DNA of 38,222 bases from a bacterium. Its GTDB lineage: Bacteria > Patescibacteriota > Minisyncoccia > Minisyncoccales > GWA2-46-15. The position numbers and the translations under genes are program-made. This document shows positions 16,507-23,286 of this stretch, piece by piece; the stretch's first letter is position 1; each line of letters starts with the position of its first letter. The notes beneath the pieces were generated by a model, which was not told where the DNA came from, made no database searches, and saw nothing but the letters and a program-made list of their open reading frames with translations. The stretch is from the NCBI GenBank assembly GCA_030704795.1, contig JAUYCZ010000012.1, positions 1-38,222 on the forward strand. The letters run 5' to 3'.

Positions 16507-17027
16507 TTCTTGAAGACCCATTTGACTAAAGCGATAATGATGAGAATGATGGCCGCTAAAGACAGGATTTGAAAAATCCAGGCGAACCAAAAGCTTCCGG
16601 CGGTCAAATTAGACCCCCAACCCGTGCCCATCCCCGAACCAAAAGCTCCGCTTTGGTACGGGGCAAGCATTCCTCCGCCCATCATCCCAAAACCGGACAT
16701 CATTCCGTAGCCAGCGGTCCCGCTCAAGCAGCCCAGATACCTCTTTCCCATCAGAATGTGCGCTGCCTTTAAAGACGGGGAGCCTTGGCCGCCCATCATT
16801 TGGTCCATCAGCTCATGGTCCTGTTCGTTCGGGTGCATCACCCCCATGACCGCGTCGCCTAAAACTTCAAACTGATCGTCGGTGGCTTTCTGACAATCGA
16901 TATCCGAAATTTCCGAAACTCCTTGGGCTTTCATGATTTCCCCGGTTGTCTGGTCAAAAGAAACGCTGTGAGCAAAAACGAAAAAAGGAACAACTAAAAG
17001 AAATGAGAACAAGAATAATTTTTTCAT
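16503..17027 (-). CDS. Exported/membrane Met-His-Gly-rich protein, possible Cu(I) binder
   Basis: Signal peptide (FAH), MGVMH...HELMDQMMGG...HILMGKRYLGC, GMMSGFGMMGGGM, and a C-terminal TM. Confidence 0.75.
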   Translation of the reverse strand: MKKLFLFSFLLVVPFFVFAHSVSFDQTTGEIMKAQGVSEISDIDCQKATDDQFEVLGDAVMGVMHPNEQDHELMDQMMGGQGSPSLKAAHILMGKRYLGCLSGTAGYGMMSGFGMMGGGMLAPYQSGAFGSGMGTGWGSNLTAGSFWFAWIFQILSLAAIILIIIALVKWVFKK

Positions 17028-17039
17028 ATTTTTTAGTTA

Positions 17040-17074
17040 TTGTTAATGTTAACAACGAAGGGTTTGATCGTCAA
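17040..17074 (-). promoter_or_regulatory. Promoter of the minus-strand redox/OFOR operon, with an overlapping inverted repeat
   Basis: TTGACG (17074-17069), N17, TAACAT (17051-17046) with an extended -10 TG. The palindrome TTGTTAA-TG-TTAACAA spans 17040-17055. Confidence 0.6.
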
Positions 17075-17137
17075 GCGCCGCCCGACCGCCCTTTTCTTGA
17101 GCGATTTTTTATGATAAATTAAAGGAAAATTGTCGTT

Positions 17138-17208
17138 GCGGGCGTCGTATAACGGCATTACCTGAGATTTCCAATCTCAAGACAGGGGTTCGACTCCCCT
17201 CGCCCGCT
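17138..17208 (+). tRNA. tRNA-Gly(TCC), CCA not encoded
   Basis: Acceptor GCGGGCG/CGCCCGC, anticodon arm TGAGA-TTTCCAA-TCTCA, T-arm AGGGG-TTCGACT-CCCCT. Confidence 0.96.
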
Positions 17209-17238
17209 CTGTTCTTACCCGCTCGCCCGGTGGAAGAA

Positions 17239-17267
17239 TTGTTTGCGAAAACAACTTATTGTATACT
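17239..17267 (+). promoter_or_regulatory. Sigma70-type promoter, probably leaderless
   Basis: TTGTTT, N17, TATACT (17262-17267), 6 nt before ATG 17274. Confidence 0.5.
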
Positions 17268-17273
17268 AACTAC

Positions 17274-17972
17274 ATGATTACTTCAGACCCAAAACTTGTG
17301 GAATACTTGAAAACCTCTTTAGTGTCAGGACGCTCAAAAGAGGACATTTATAAAGAACTTCTCGGTCAGGGATGGACCATCGAAGTTATCCAAGAAAGTT
17401 TTAACGCAATCGGCACAGAACAGGAAAAAGAAGATACGTCAAAAAAGACCATTCGCATAATTGTAACTATTGCCGCCGTACTCGTGGGAGCGGGGATTTT
17501 TTCTTTCATCGCCGCTAACTGGTTAGAAATGACGAAGCCAATCAAAATAGCGATCATTCTCATTTCAATGATTATTTCTTATGGCGCCGGGTGGCACCTC
17601 AAAGAGAAATCAGATCTTCTAAAAACCGGTGGGGCGTTAATTTTGCTCGGTTCGATAATCTATGGCGCGGGAATATTTTTAGTCGCACAAATGTTCAATA
17701 TTCGAGCCAACTGGCCTGACGGTTTCATCTTGTGGATGATAGGCACGGTTGCGATGGCTTTTGCGGTTGAATCATATCTATTGTTTTATCTTGCCATTCC
17801 ACTCGGCATTATTGCCATAGTAGGACATCCATTTGGAATTTTCACTGGTTTTGGATATAACTCTTTTCTGCTCACCTCATCATTCTTACTTCTGGCCGCA
17901 ACAATTATTACTTTTGCAACCGGGTGGATAGTCCGCAAAAAAATGCCGCCGGGGCTTAAGGATTTTTATTAA
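17274..17972 (+). CDS. DUF2157-like membrane protein
   Basis: GAGIFSFIAANW, GAGIFLVAQMFNI...WPDGFILW pattern. ATG 17274 is preferred to the TTG at 17259. Confidence 0.8.
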   Translation: MITSDPKLVEYLKTSLVSGRSKEDIYKELLGQGWTIEVIQESFNAIGTEQEKEDTSKKTIRIIVTIAAVLVGAGIFSFIAANWLEMTKPIKIAIILISMIISYGAGWHLKEKSDLLKTGGALILLGSIIYGAGIFLVAQMFNIRANWPDGFILWMIGTVAMAFAVESYLLFYLAIPLGIIAIVGHPFGIFTGFGYNSFLLTSSFLLLAATIITFATGWIVRKKMPPGLKDFY

Positions 17973-17977
17973 ACACC

Positions 17978-19081
17978 ATGATTTTCTTTAGCATATTATC
18001 TCTTCTTTTCTGGCCAATTGTTATTATCGGGCTTATTATCTTTTTTGCTCGGCGCAGAAAGAAAGGCATGCACCCCGTAAATGACAAAGAATGGTATTTA
18101 CAATTGGCCCTCTCCAAAGAAGATGCCGTTAGTCAATTTTTCCTTCTTTTGACGGTTTTCTTTCTTGGCGTAACGCTGCTTGCTTTCAATAGAGACCTTG
18201 GCGATCCATTTTCCTGGCGGACTATTTTGTTTGTCACATCTGCTCTTGGCTTGGTCAGTGCCTACTACTTAAAAACACTTTACTCGCTCGCATTCGGTTT
18301 GATCGGAATGACGGCTTGGTGGGGCGCACAAGCGGCGGAATGGATACAAGGAAAGGACATTAAGACTTCTGCGATTTTTGCTGGATTGGCTTTTGTGGCA
18401 TTACTTTTTTACTCATTAGGACACTTCCACGAAAGAGAAATAAAATGGAAACGATTTGCGCTGGTGTATTTGGTTCTCGGAATTATCTCAATAACGGGTG
18501 TTTTATTTTTCTTTTCCTCAAAACCCGGTCTCTCTGTTCTGGGCGATATGACAAAAGGGGCTTCATTCTTTGGCTCATGGCAAATAACTTTGTCCTTGTT
18601 TATATTTTTGGCGGCTCTGGCCGGAGTGGCTTTTTATACCATGGCCAAAAAATTAGTGTCTCCTTTTGAGTTTCTCGCCGTCCTGTTATTGACGCTTTTG
18701 TTCGGAACAATGGCTCTGCTTCCGCAACAAAGTCTGTTTCTTCAAGCTGGCAGTTCTTACAATTTTTACTCTGGCGGTCAAGAACTATCGAGGAGTGGCG
18801 TTTTGTGGGCTCTCATTTTCAATTTTGTCGTATTCTTTGAATTGCTCGGTTTGATTTTTTCGGGATATTTGCGGCGAGAAACTTGGCTAATAAATTTAGG
18901 GGCGCTTTTCTTGTTTCTTCTCATTATTGTCAAATACTTCGATTGGTTCTTTACTTTCCTCGACAAGAGCATCTTCTTCATTGGCGCCGGTATTCTCCTC
19001 TTTGTCGTGGGGTGGTTTATGGAGAGAGGGAGGAAATATATGATTTCAAATATCAAGAAGCCGACGCCACAAATCCCTTAA
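17978..19081 (+). CDS. Polytopic membrane protein (DUF2157/DUF4401-like partner)
   Basis: About 11 hydrophobic segments, with C-terminal KYFDWFFTFLDKSIFFIGAG...ER as seen in GDYXXLXY-operon partners. Confidence 0.7.
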   Translation: MIFFSILSLLFWPIVIIGLIIFFARRRKKGMHPVNDKEWYLQLALSKEDAVSQFFLLLTVFFLGVTLLAFNRDLGDPFSWRTILFVTSALGLVSAYYLKTLYSLAFGLIGMTAWWGAQAAEWIQGKDIKTSAIFAGLAFVALLFYSLGHFHEREIKWKRFALVYLVLGIISITGVLFFFSSKPGLSVLGDMTKGASFFGSWQITLSLFIFLAALAGVAFYTMAKKLVSPFEFLAVLLLTLLFGTMALLPQQSLFLQAGSSYNFYSGGQELSRSGVLWALIFNFVVFFELLGLIFSGYLRRETWLINLGALFLFLLIIVKYFDWFFTFLDKSIFFIGAGILLFVVGWFMERGRKYMISNIKKPTPQIP

Positions 19082-19086
19082 TAGCG

Positions 19087-19599
19087 ATGACGAAACAAAC
19101 AAAATTTATATTGGCGATAGCATTGCAGATGGTGATAGTTTTCGCCATTGTTATTTTCAAAGTGTCTGTTCTTTCCGGCGGCACGGATGTTTTGTTGCGG
19201 ATTGAACCAGTTGATCCGCGAGATATGTTGCGCGGAGATTACGCCACCTTTCAATATAGTAATATTTCTAATCTCGACTCGTATATTTTCGGCGGACAAC
19301 AAATTGGAAATGGCGATACTGTCTATGTCGTGTTACGGCAGAGCAGAAAGTATTGGATGGCGCAGAATGTTCAAAAAACAAAACCGCTTAATGGAGAAAT
19401 AGCTCTCAAGGGCAAGGTTGTGAGCGTTGGTGATTCTCGTATTCGTGTTGTCTATGGGATTGAGGAATATTTTATCCCCGAAGGAAAGGGCCAAGGCTTT
19501 AGTTTTTTCAATAAGGAGGCGGCGGCAAGAGTTGTGGTTGATGAAAATGGCAATGCCGTTCTCAAACAAATTTACGTTGACGACAAACCTTGGCCCTGA
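19087..19599 (+). CDS. GDYXXLXY domain protein
   Basis: PVDPRDMLRGDYATFQY, YGIEEYFIPEG. The start is moved to ATG 19087, just after the upstream stop. Confidence 0.9.
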   Translation: MTKQTKFILAIALQMVIVFAIVIFKVSVLSGGTDVLLRIEPVDPRDMLRGDYATFQYSNISNLDSYIFGGQQIGNGDTVYVVLRQSRKYWMAQNVQKTKPLNGEIALKGKVVSVGDSRIRVVYGIEEYFIPEGKGQGFSFFNKEAAARVVVDENGNAVLKQIYVDDKPWP

Positions 19600-19683
19600 C
19601 CTCCCTTTTTCGTAAATAACTTTCCCACAAGACGAGTGGCGTTCCGCGCGTCCGGTTTTTCGCCCGACCGTTTGGGTAAAGTC

Positions 19684-19712
19684 TTGCGTTAAATACTCTG
19701 GGGGAGTATAGT
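19684..19712 (+). promoter_or_regulatory. Promoter with an embedded CsoR/RcnR-type operator
   Basis: TTGCGT (19684-19689), N17, TATAGT (19707-19712). The inverted repeat ATACTC-TGGGG-GAGTAT (19693-19709) contains a G tract. Confidence 0.8.
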
Positions 19713-19720
19713 GAGAGGGT

Positions 19721-19996
19721 ATGAAAAAGGAGATTAAGAAAAGAGCCATCCATCGGCTTAAAATATTAGAAGGGCAGATCCGCGGTCTCCAACAGATGGT
19801 CGAAAAAGAAAAATACTGCCTTGATATTCTCCAACAGTCCTCGGCGGCAAAAAATGCTCTTTCCAGCATCGAAAATTTAATTTTGGAAAATCATCTGTCA
19901 ACGCACGTCATTGAACAAATCAAGGTCGGCCAAGAATCAAAAGCGGCCAAAGAAATTTTAACGATCTACAAATTATCAAAAAATAAGCAAGCTTAA
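19721..19996 (+). CDS. csoR: CsoR/RcnR-family metal-sensing repressor
   Basis: RLKILEGQIRGL, YC33LDIL, ENH58LSTH62, upstream of a Cu-type ATPase. Confidence 0.88.
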   Translation: MKKEIKKRAIHRLKILEGQIRGLQQMVEKEKYCLDILQQSSAAKNALSSIENLILENHLSTHVIEQIKVGQESKAAKEILTIYKLSKNKQA

Positions 19997-20050
19997 TTCT
20001 GACGAAATAAATAAGTAAATCTTAGCCTCGCTAAAACGAGGTAAAAAATT

Positions 20051-20224
20051 ATGTTCAACTTTTTTGGGCAAAAATGTCCCGTCTGTAAAATGGAATTGGA
20101 AAAAGGAAAAGATTATCCCGTTGCCGGTGGTAAAAAGTTTTGTTCAGAAAACTGCCGAGAGGAATACCGGCAGCAGTTAGTCAAAGAACAATCTCAACAT
20201 TCCGGCGGCGGTTGTTGCCATTAA
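20051..20224 (+). CDS. 57-aa YHS/TRASH-type metal-binding microprotein (not in ORF track)
   Basis: MFNFFGQKCPVCKMELEKGKDYPVAGGKKFCSENCREEYRQQLVKEQSQHSGGGCCH*. Confidence 0.85.
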   Translation: MFNFFGQKCPVCKMELEKGKDYPVAGGKKFCSENCREEYRQQLVKEQSQHSGGGCCH

Positions 20225-20257
20225 AGGGTCGAAAAATTAACCTTAACTAGATATCAC

Positions 20258-20458
20258 ATGAACCAAAATTTAGGCAAAGTGGACAGGATTTTGCGGTTTG
20301 CCTTGGCCGTCTGGTGGCTTAGTCCGCTGGCGCCGCAATTCGATGCCGGATGGGCCGGTTTACTCATTGCCGTTGTCGGTTGGATTGCACTGGCCGAGAG
20401 TTTTCTTGGCTGGTGCTGGCTTCACCGCCTGTTTGGCATAGACAATAAAAATCAATAA
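20258..20458 (+). CDS. DUF2892 / YgaP-like small membrane protein
   Basis: N.GKVDRILR...GWCWLHRLFGI. Confidence 0.85.
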   Translation: MNQNLGKVDRILRFALAVWWLSPLAPQFDAGWAGLLIAVVGWIALAESFLGWCWLHRLFGIDNKNQ

Positions 20459-20460
20459 TT

Positions 20461-21321
20461 GTGGAATTGCTTTTAAGCGCGTCAATTATGGCCGCTTTCA
20501 TCGCCGGCGTGGCCGCTCTTTTCGCGCCGTGTTGCATTACCGTCCTTCTGCCGTCGTACTTTGCTTCCATTTTTCGCGAGCGACGCAAGGTATTTTTAAT
20601 GACTTTTATTTTCTTTCTGGGCATCCTGACCGTTTTTCTCCCGATCGGATTAGGGGCGGCGGCCCTCGGCCAGTTCTTCAGCCGATATCATAGCGCCGTC
20701 TTCGGCGTCGGCGGCATTTTCCTCACGATATTGGGAATGATTATCCTGACCGGCAAGCATTTCTCCTTGCCGTTCCGGGTTCATCCGACGCTTAAAAAGC
20801 ACAACGCCGTTTCCGTCTACAGCCTTGGCCTATTTTCCGGGATTGCCACGACTTGCTGCGCGCCGGTTCTGGCCGGCGTCCTCGCCCTGGCCGCGCTGCC
20901 CGGGTCAGTGTTTTGGGGCGGCATCTACACCTTGAGCTATGTTTTTGGCATGGTCGCGCCTCTTTTTCTGATTTCGCTTTTCCTTGACAAGGCCGACTTT
21001 AGGCAAAAGTTTCAACAAATCTTTAATCGGCCAATTCAATACCGATTAGGCGGTAAAGAGTTAAAGATTGCCGTTTCTGAAGCCGTCTCGGGCATTACTT
21101 TTCTGGCCATGGGCCTTTTGATTCTTTATCTGGCCCTGACCAATCGGCTCTTTATGCAAGCCGGAGGCTATCAGACAAGCATCAATATCTACCTGACAAA
21201 AACTCTACAATCAATTAGCGGCGTCGTGCAGGTGGTTCCCGAATCTGTCTGGGCGCTTTTATTAATCATCATCATTGGCTTCGTCTGCTGGCGCGTCGTT
21301 CGCCAATTTAACAAAGATTAA
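20461..21321 (+). CDS. ccdA: CcdA-family transmembrane thiol-disulfide electron transporter
   Basis: AFIAG..ALFAPCC...LLPSY and TTCCAPVLAG, multi-TM. Confidence 0.82.
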   Translation: MELLLSASIMAAFIAGVAALFAPCCITVLLPSYFASIFRERRKVFLMTFIFFLGILTVFLPIGLGAAALGQFFSRYHSAVFGVGGIFLTILGMIILTGKHFSLPFRVHPTLKKHNAVSVYSLGLFSGIATTCCAPVLAGVLALAALPGSVFWGGIYTLSYVFGMVAPLFLISLFLDKADFRQKFQQIFNRPIQYRLGGKELKIAVSEAVSGITFLAMGLLILYLALTNRLFMQAGGYQTSINIYLTKTLQSISGVVQVVPESVWALLLIIIIGFVCWRVVRQFNKD

Positions 21322-21330
21322 CAAAAATAA

Positions 21331-21362
21331 CGAGTACGATATATCGGGCGTTCTGCCCGCTA
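21331..21362 (+). repeat. Hairpin repeat copy 1 (CGAGTACGATATATCG + variable hairpin + CGCTA)
   Basis: The 16-mer is identical to the reverse complement of 23230-23245. Confidence 0.8.
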
Positions 21363-21372
21363 TTAAAAAAAC

Positions 21373-22020
21373 ATGGATAAAAAAATGAATGCGGCCATTA
21401 TTATCGCCATCGTCATCGTTGCCGCCGCCGGTCTTCTTGTTTGGAATGGCAGCCAGAATAAAACCGGGGCGCCGGCAGCGGGCCAAGCGCCGGCCGTGGA
21501 TAGGCACGGACATCCCGTAGCGGCCAACGTTGACACCGCGCTACTTAATGAATTGCTTGATAAGCCGGCGCCGGATTTTGCGCTGACGGACAAAGACGGA
21601 AAAACATATTCCTCGAATGAATTACGCGGCAAAGACGTTATCCTTTTCTTCAACGAGGGATTGATGTGTTATCCGGCCTGCTGGAATCAAATCGTCGCCT
21701 TGGCTAAAGACGAACGATTAAAGAATACCGACACCGTTGTTCTATCGGTCGTCGTCGACCCGCTCGTAGAGTGGCAAAAAGCCATTAAGCAAATGCCGGA
21801 ACTGGCCGAGGCCACGGTGGTCTTTGATAAAGATGCGATGGTCTCCAAACAATTTGGCATGCTCACGACGGCGTCTTCAATGCATTATGGATCGCTGCCC
21901 GGTCATACTTTTGTCCTGATTGATAAAAAAGGCGTCATCAAACACGTTTTTGACGACCCCAACATGAGCATCCACAATGATCAATTGGTCGCCGAGTTAA
22001 GTAAACTAAATCAAAATTAA
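21373..22020 (+). CDS. Membrane-anchored thioredoxin-fold protein with SCO-like CxxxC + His
   Basis: TM anchor, KPAPDFAL, FFNEGLMCYPAC, PGHTFVLIDKKG. Confidence 0.75.
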   Translation: MDKKMNAAIIIAIVIVAAAGLLVWNGSQNKTGAPAAGQAPAVDRHGHPVAANVDTALLNELLDKPAPDFALTDKDGKTYSSNELRGKDVILFFNEGLMCYPACWNQIVALAKDERLKNTDTVVLSVVVDPLVEWQKAIKQMPELAEATVVFDKDAMVSKQFGMLTTASSMHYGSLPGHTFVLIDKKGVIKHVFDDPNMSIHNDQLVAELSKLNQN

Positions 22021-22058
22021 AAAAGTCGAAAAAATAACCAATTAATTTAACTCAAAAA

Positions 22059-22334
22059 ATGGAACAATTATCACTCAAAAAATACGGCTGGAAATGCGTT
22101 CTTGGTTCGGAGGTGGTTTATTTTATTTGCCTTCTCGGCGGATTACTCTTTTTACGCACCGCGAGAGGCATAGAATTGCACCACACTATTTTTGAAGCTC
22201 TCCCCGGATTTACATGGATAAATGTCGGCAGCGTCATTCTCGGCGCCGTCTATTTCTTTGTCTTCGCCTGGATATTCGCCTGGTATTTTGTCTGGATGCA
22301 TAATTCCAGCTTGGAAAGAATAACCACTAGTTAG
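22059..22334 (+). CDS. Small membrane protein (possibly DUF5676-like)
   Basis: Three hydrophobic segments, ELHH...LPGFTW; in operon context. Confidence 0.6.
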   Translation: MEQLSLKKYGWKCVLGSEVVYFICLLGGLLFLRTARGIELHHTIFEALPGFTWINVGSVILGAVYFFVFAWIFAWYFVWMHNSSLERITTS

Positions 22335-22335
22335 A

Positions 22336-22764
22336 ATGTATGCAAAATCAATCGCGTACGGAACGCTCGCAAGCGCAATCTTGTTGGGGGTTTATTTTGC
22401 GGCGCTCTCGTTAGTGTCTGGATGGGAGTTCGCTCAAAATCAATTTGCTTCCTTTTGGTATTTTATTGTCAGCCTCGCTATTGGCTTCGGCGTTCAGATC
22501 GGCTTATACGCCTATCTGCGAAATCTTATTCATGGCGGTCATGATAGTGGCAAAGTTTTGGGAGTGACCGGCACGACATCCACGGCGGCAATGATTTCCT
22601 GTTGCGCTCACTATCTTGCCAACCTGCTTCCCATTCTCGGCATTGCCGGAGTTATTACTTTTGTCGCACAATATCAAATACAACTATTTTGGACAGGCTT
22701 GCTGTTTAATATCGGCGGCATTGTCTATATTGGAAGTAAAATCGCTAAGTTTCAAAAAAGATGA
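22336..22764 (+). CDS. 4-TM protein with MISCCAHY motif
   Basis: Hydrophobic, with intramembrane CC-x-H and a luminal HGGH. Confidence 0.7.
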   Translation: MYAKSIAYGTLASAILLGVYFAALSLVSGWEFAQNQFASFWYFIVSLAIGFGVQIGLYAYLRNLIHGGHDSGKVLGVTGTTSTAAMISCCAHYLANLLPILGIAGVITFVAQYQIQLFWTGLLFNIGGIVYIGSKIAKFQKR

Positions 22765-23213
22765 AGTATCTAATCATTCTCGCGCTTGTTTTTCTTCTGT
22801 ACTACTACTATCAGCCCCAAGAGCAGACGCTGTCTCCGCAAAACGAGCAACCGGAACAATCAATAAGCGCCGGGAGGAAACAATGGGAGACAAGAAGTGA
22901 CGATCAGCCGCCGGTTGCCATTAAAGTGACTCCCACCGAATTGGGCCGAGACGCGAAACAGTGGAGATTTAATATTGTTTTTGATACTCATTCCGGAAGT
23001 TTAGACGATGACCCGCTTGCGATAGCAACTCTTATAGACGATAAAAACAATATATATCAACCGAACAATTGGGAAGGAGCGGGACCCGGCGGTCATCATC
23101 GAGAAGGGGTGCTAATATTCGAGGCAATCAATCCTGCGCCGGCGTACGTGGAATTAAAAATCAAAAATGTCGGCGGTATTGCCGAACGTTTGTTTAAATG
23201 GAAAATGCAATAG
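22761..23213 (+). CDS. Exported hypothetical protein with His motifs
   Basis: N-terminal anchor, DTHSGSLD, GGHHREG. Confidence 0.7.
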   Translation: MKYLIILALVFLLYYYYQPQEQTLSPQNEQPEQSISAGRKQWETRSDDQPPVAIKVTPTELGRDAKQWRFNIVFDTHSGSLDDDPLAIATLIDDKNNIYQPNNWEGAGPGGHHREGVLIFEAINPAPAYVELKIKNVGGIAERLFKWKMQ

Positions 23214-23248
23214 CGAGCGGTACACCGCTCGATATATCGTACTCGCTA
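23211..23248 (-). repeat. Hairpin repeat copy 2, inverted relative to copy 1
   Basis: TAGCGAGCGG-TACA-CCGCTCGATATATCGTACTCGCTA; its TAG is the stop codon of the upstream gene. Confidence 0.8.
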
Positions 23249-23286
23249 TAAGCTGTCATTAACCCCGTTAAAAACCTAATCAATAT

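Noticed and set aside
17199-17229. CTCGCCCG / CCCGCTC echoes of the tRNA-Gly 3' end as an att site
   Set aside because: The matches are only 7-8 nt, lie immediately adjacent, and have no distal partner; too short to support integration.
18883-19086. 68-aa N-terminal extension of the GDYXXLXY ORF
   Set aside because: It overlaps the preceding gene out of frame; ATG 19087 gives the usual N-terminal TM start.
17079-19670. Shared 10-mer CGCCCGACCG near two promoters
   Set aside because: It has opposite orientation relative to the two promoters and only two copies, which is compatible with chance.
23259-23274. TTAAC-CCC-GTTAA upstream of copA as a second CsoR site
   Set aside because: It lacks the TAC/GTA arms and spacing of the operator at 19693, and may be a repeat remnant.
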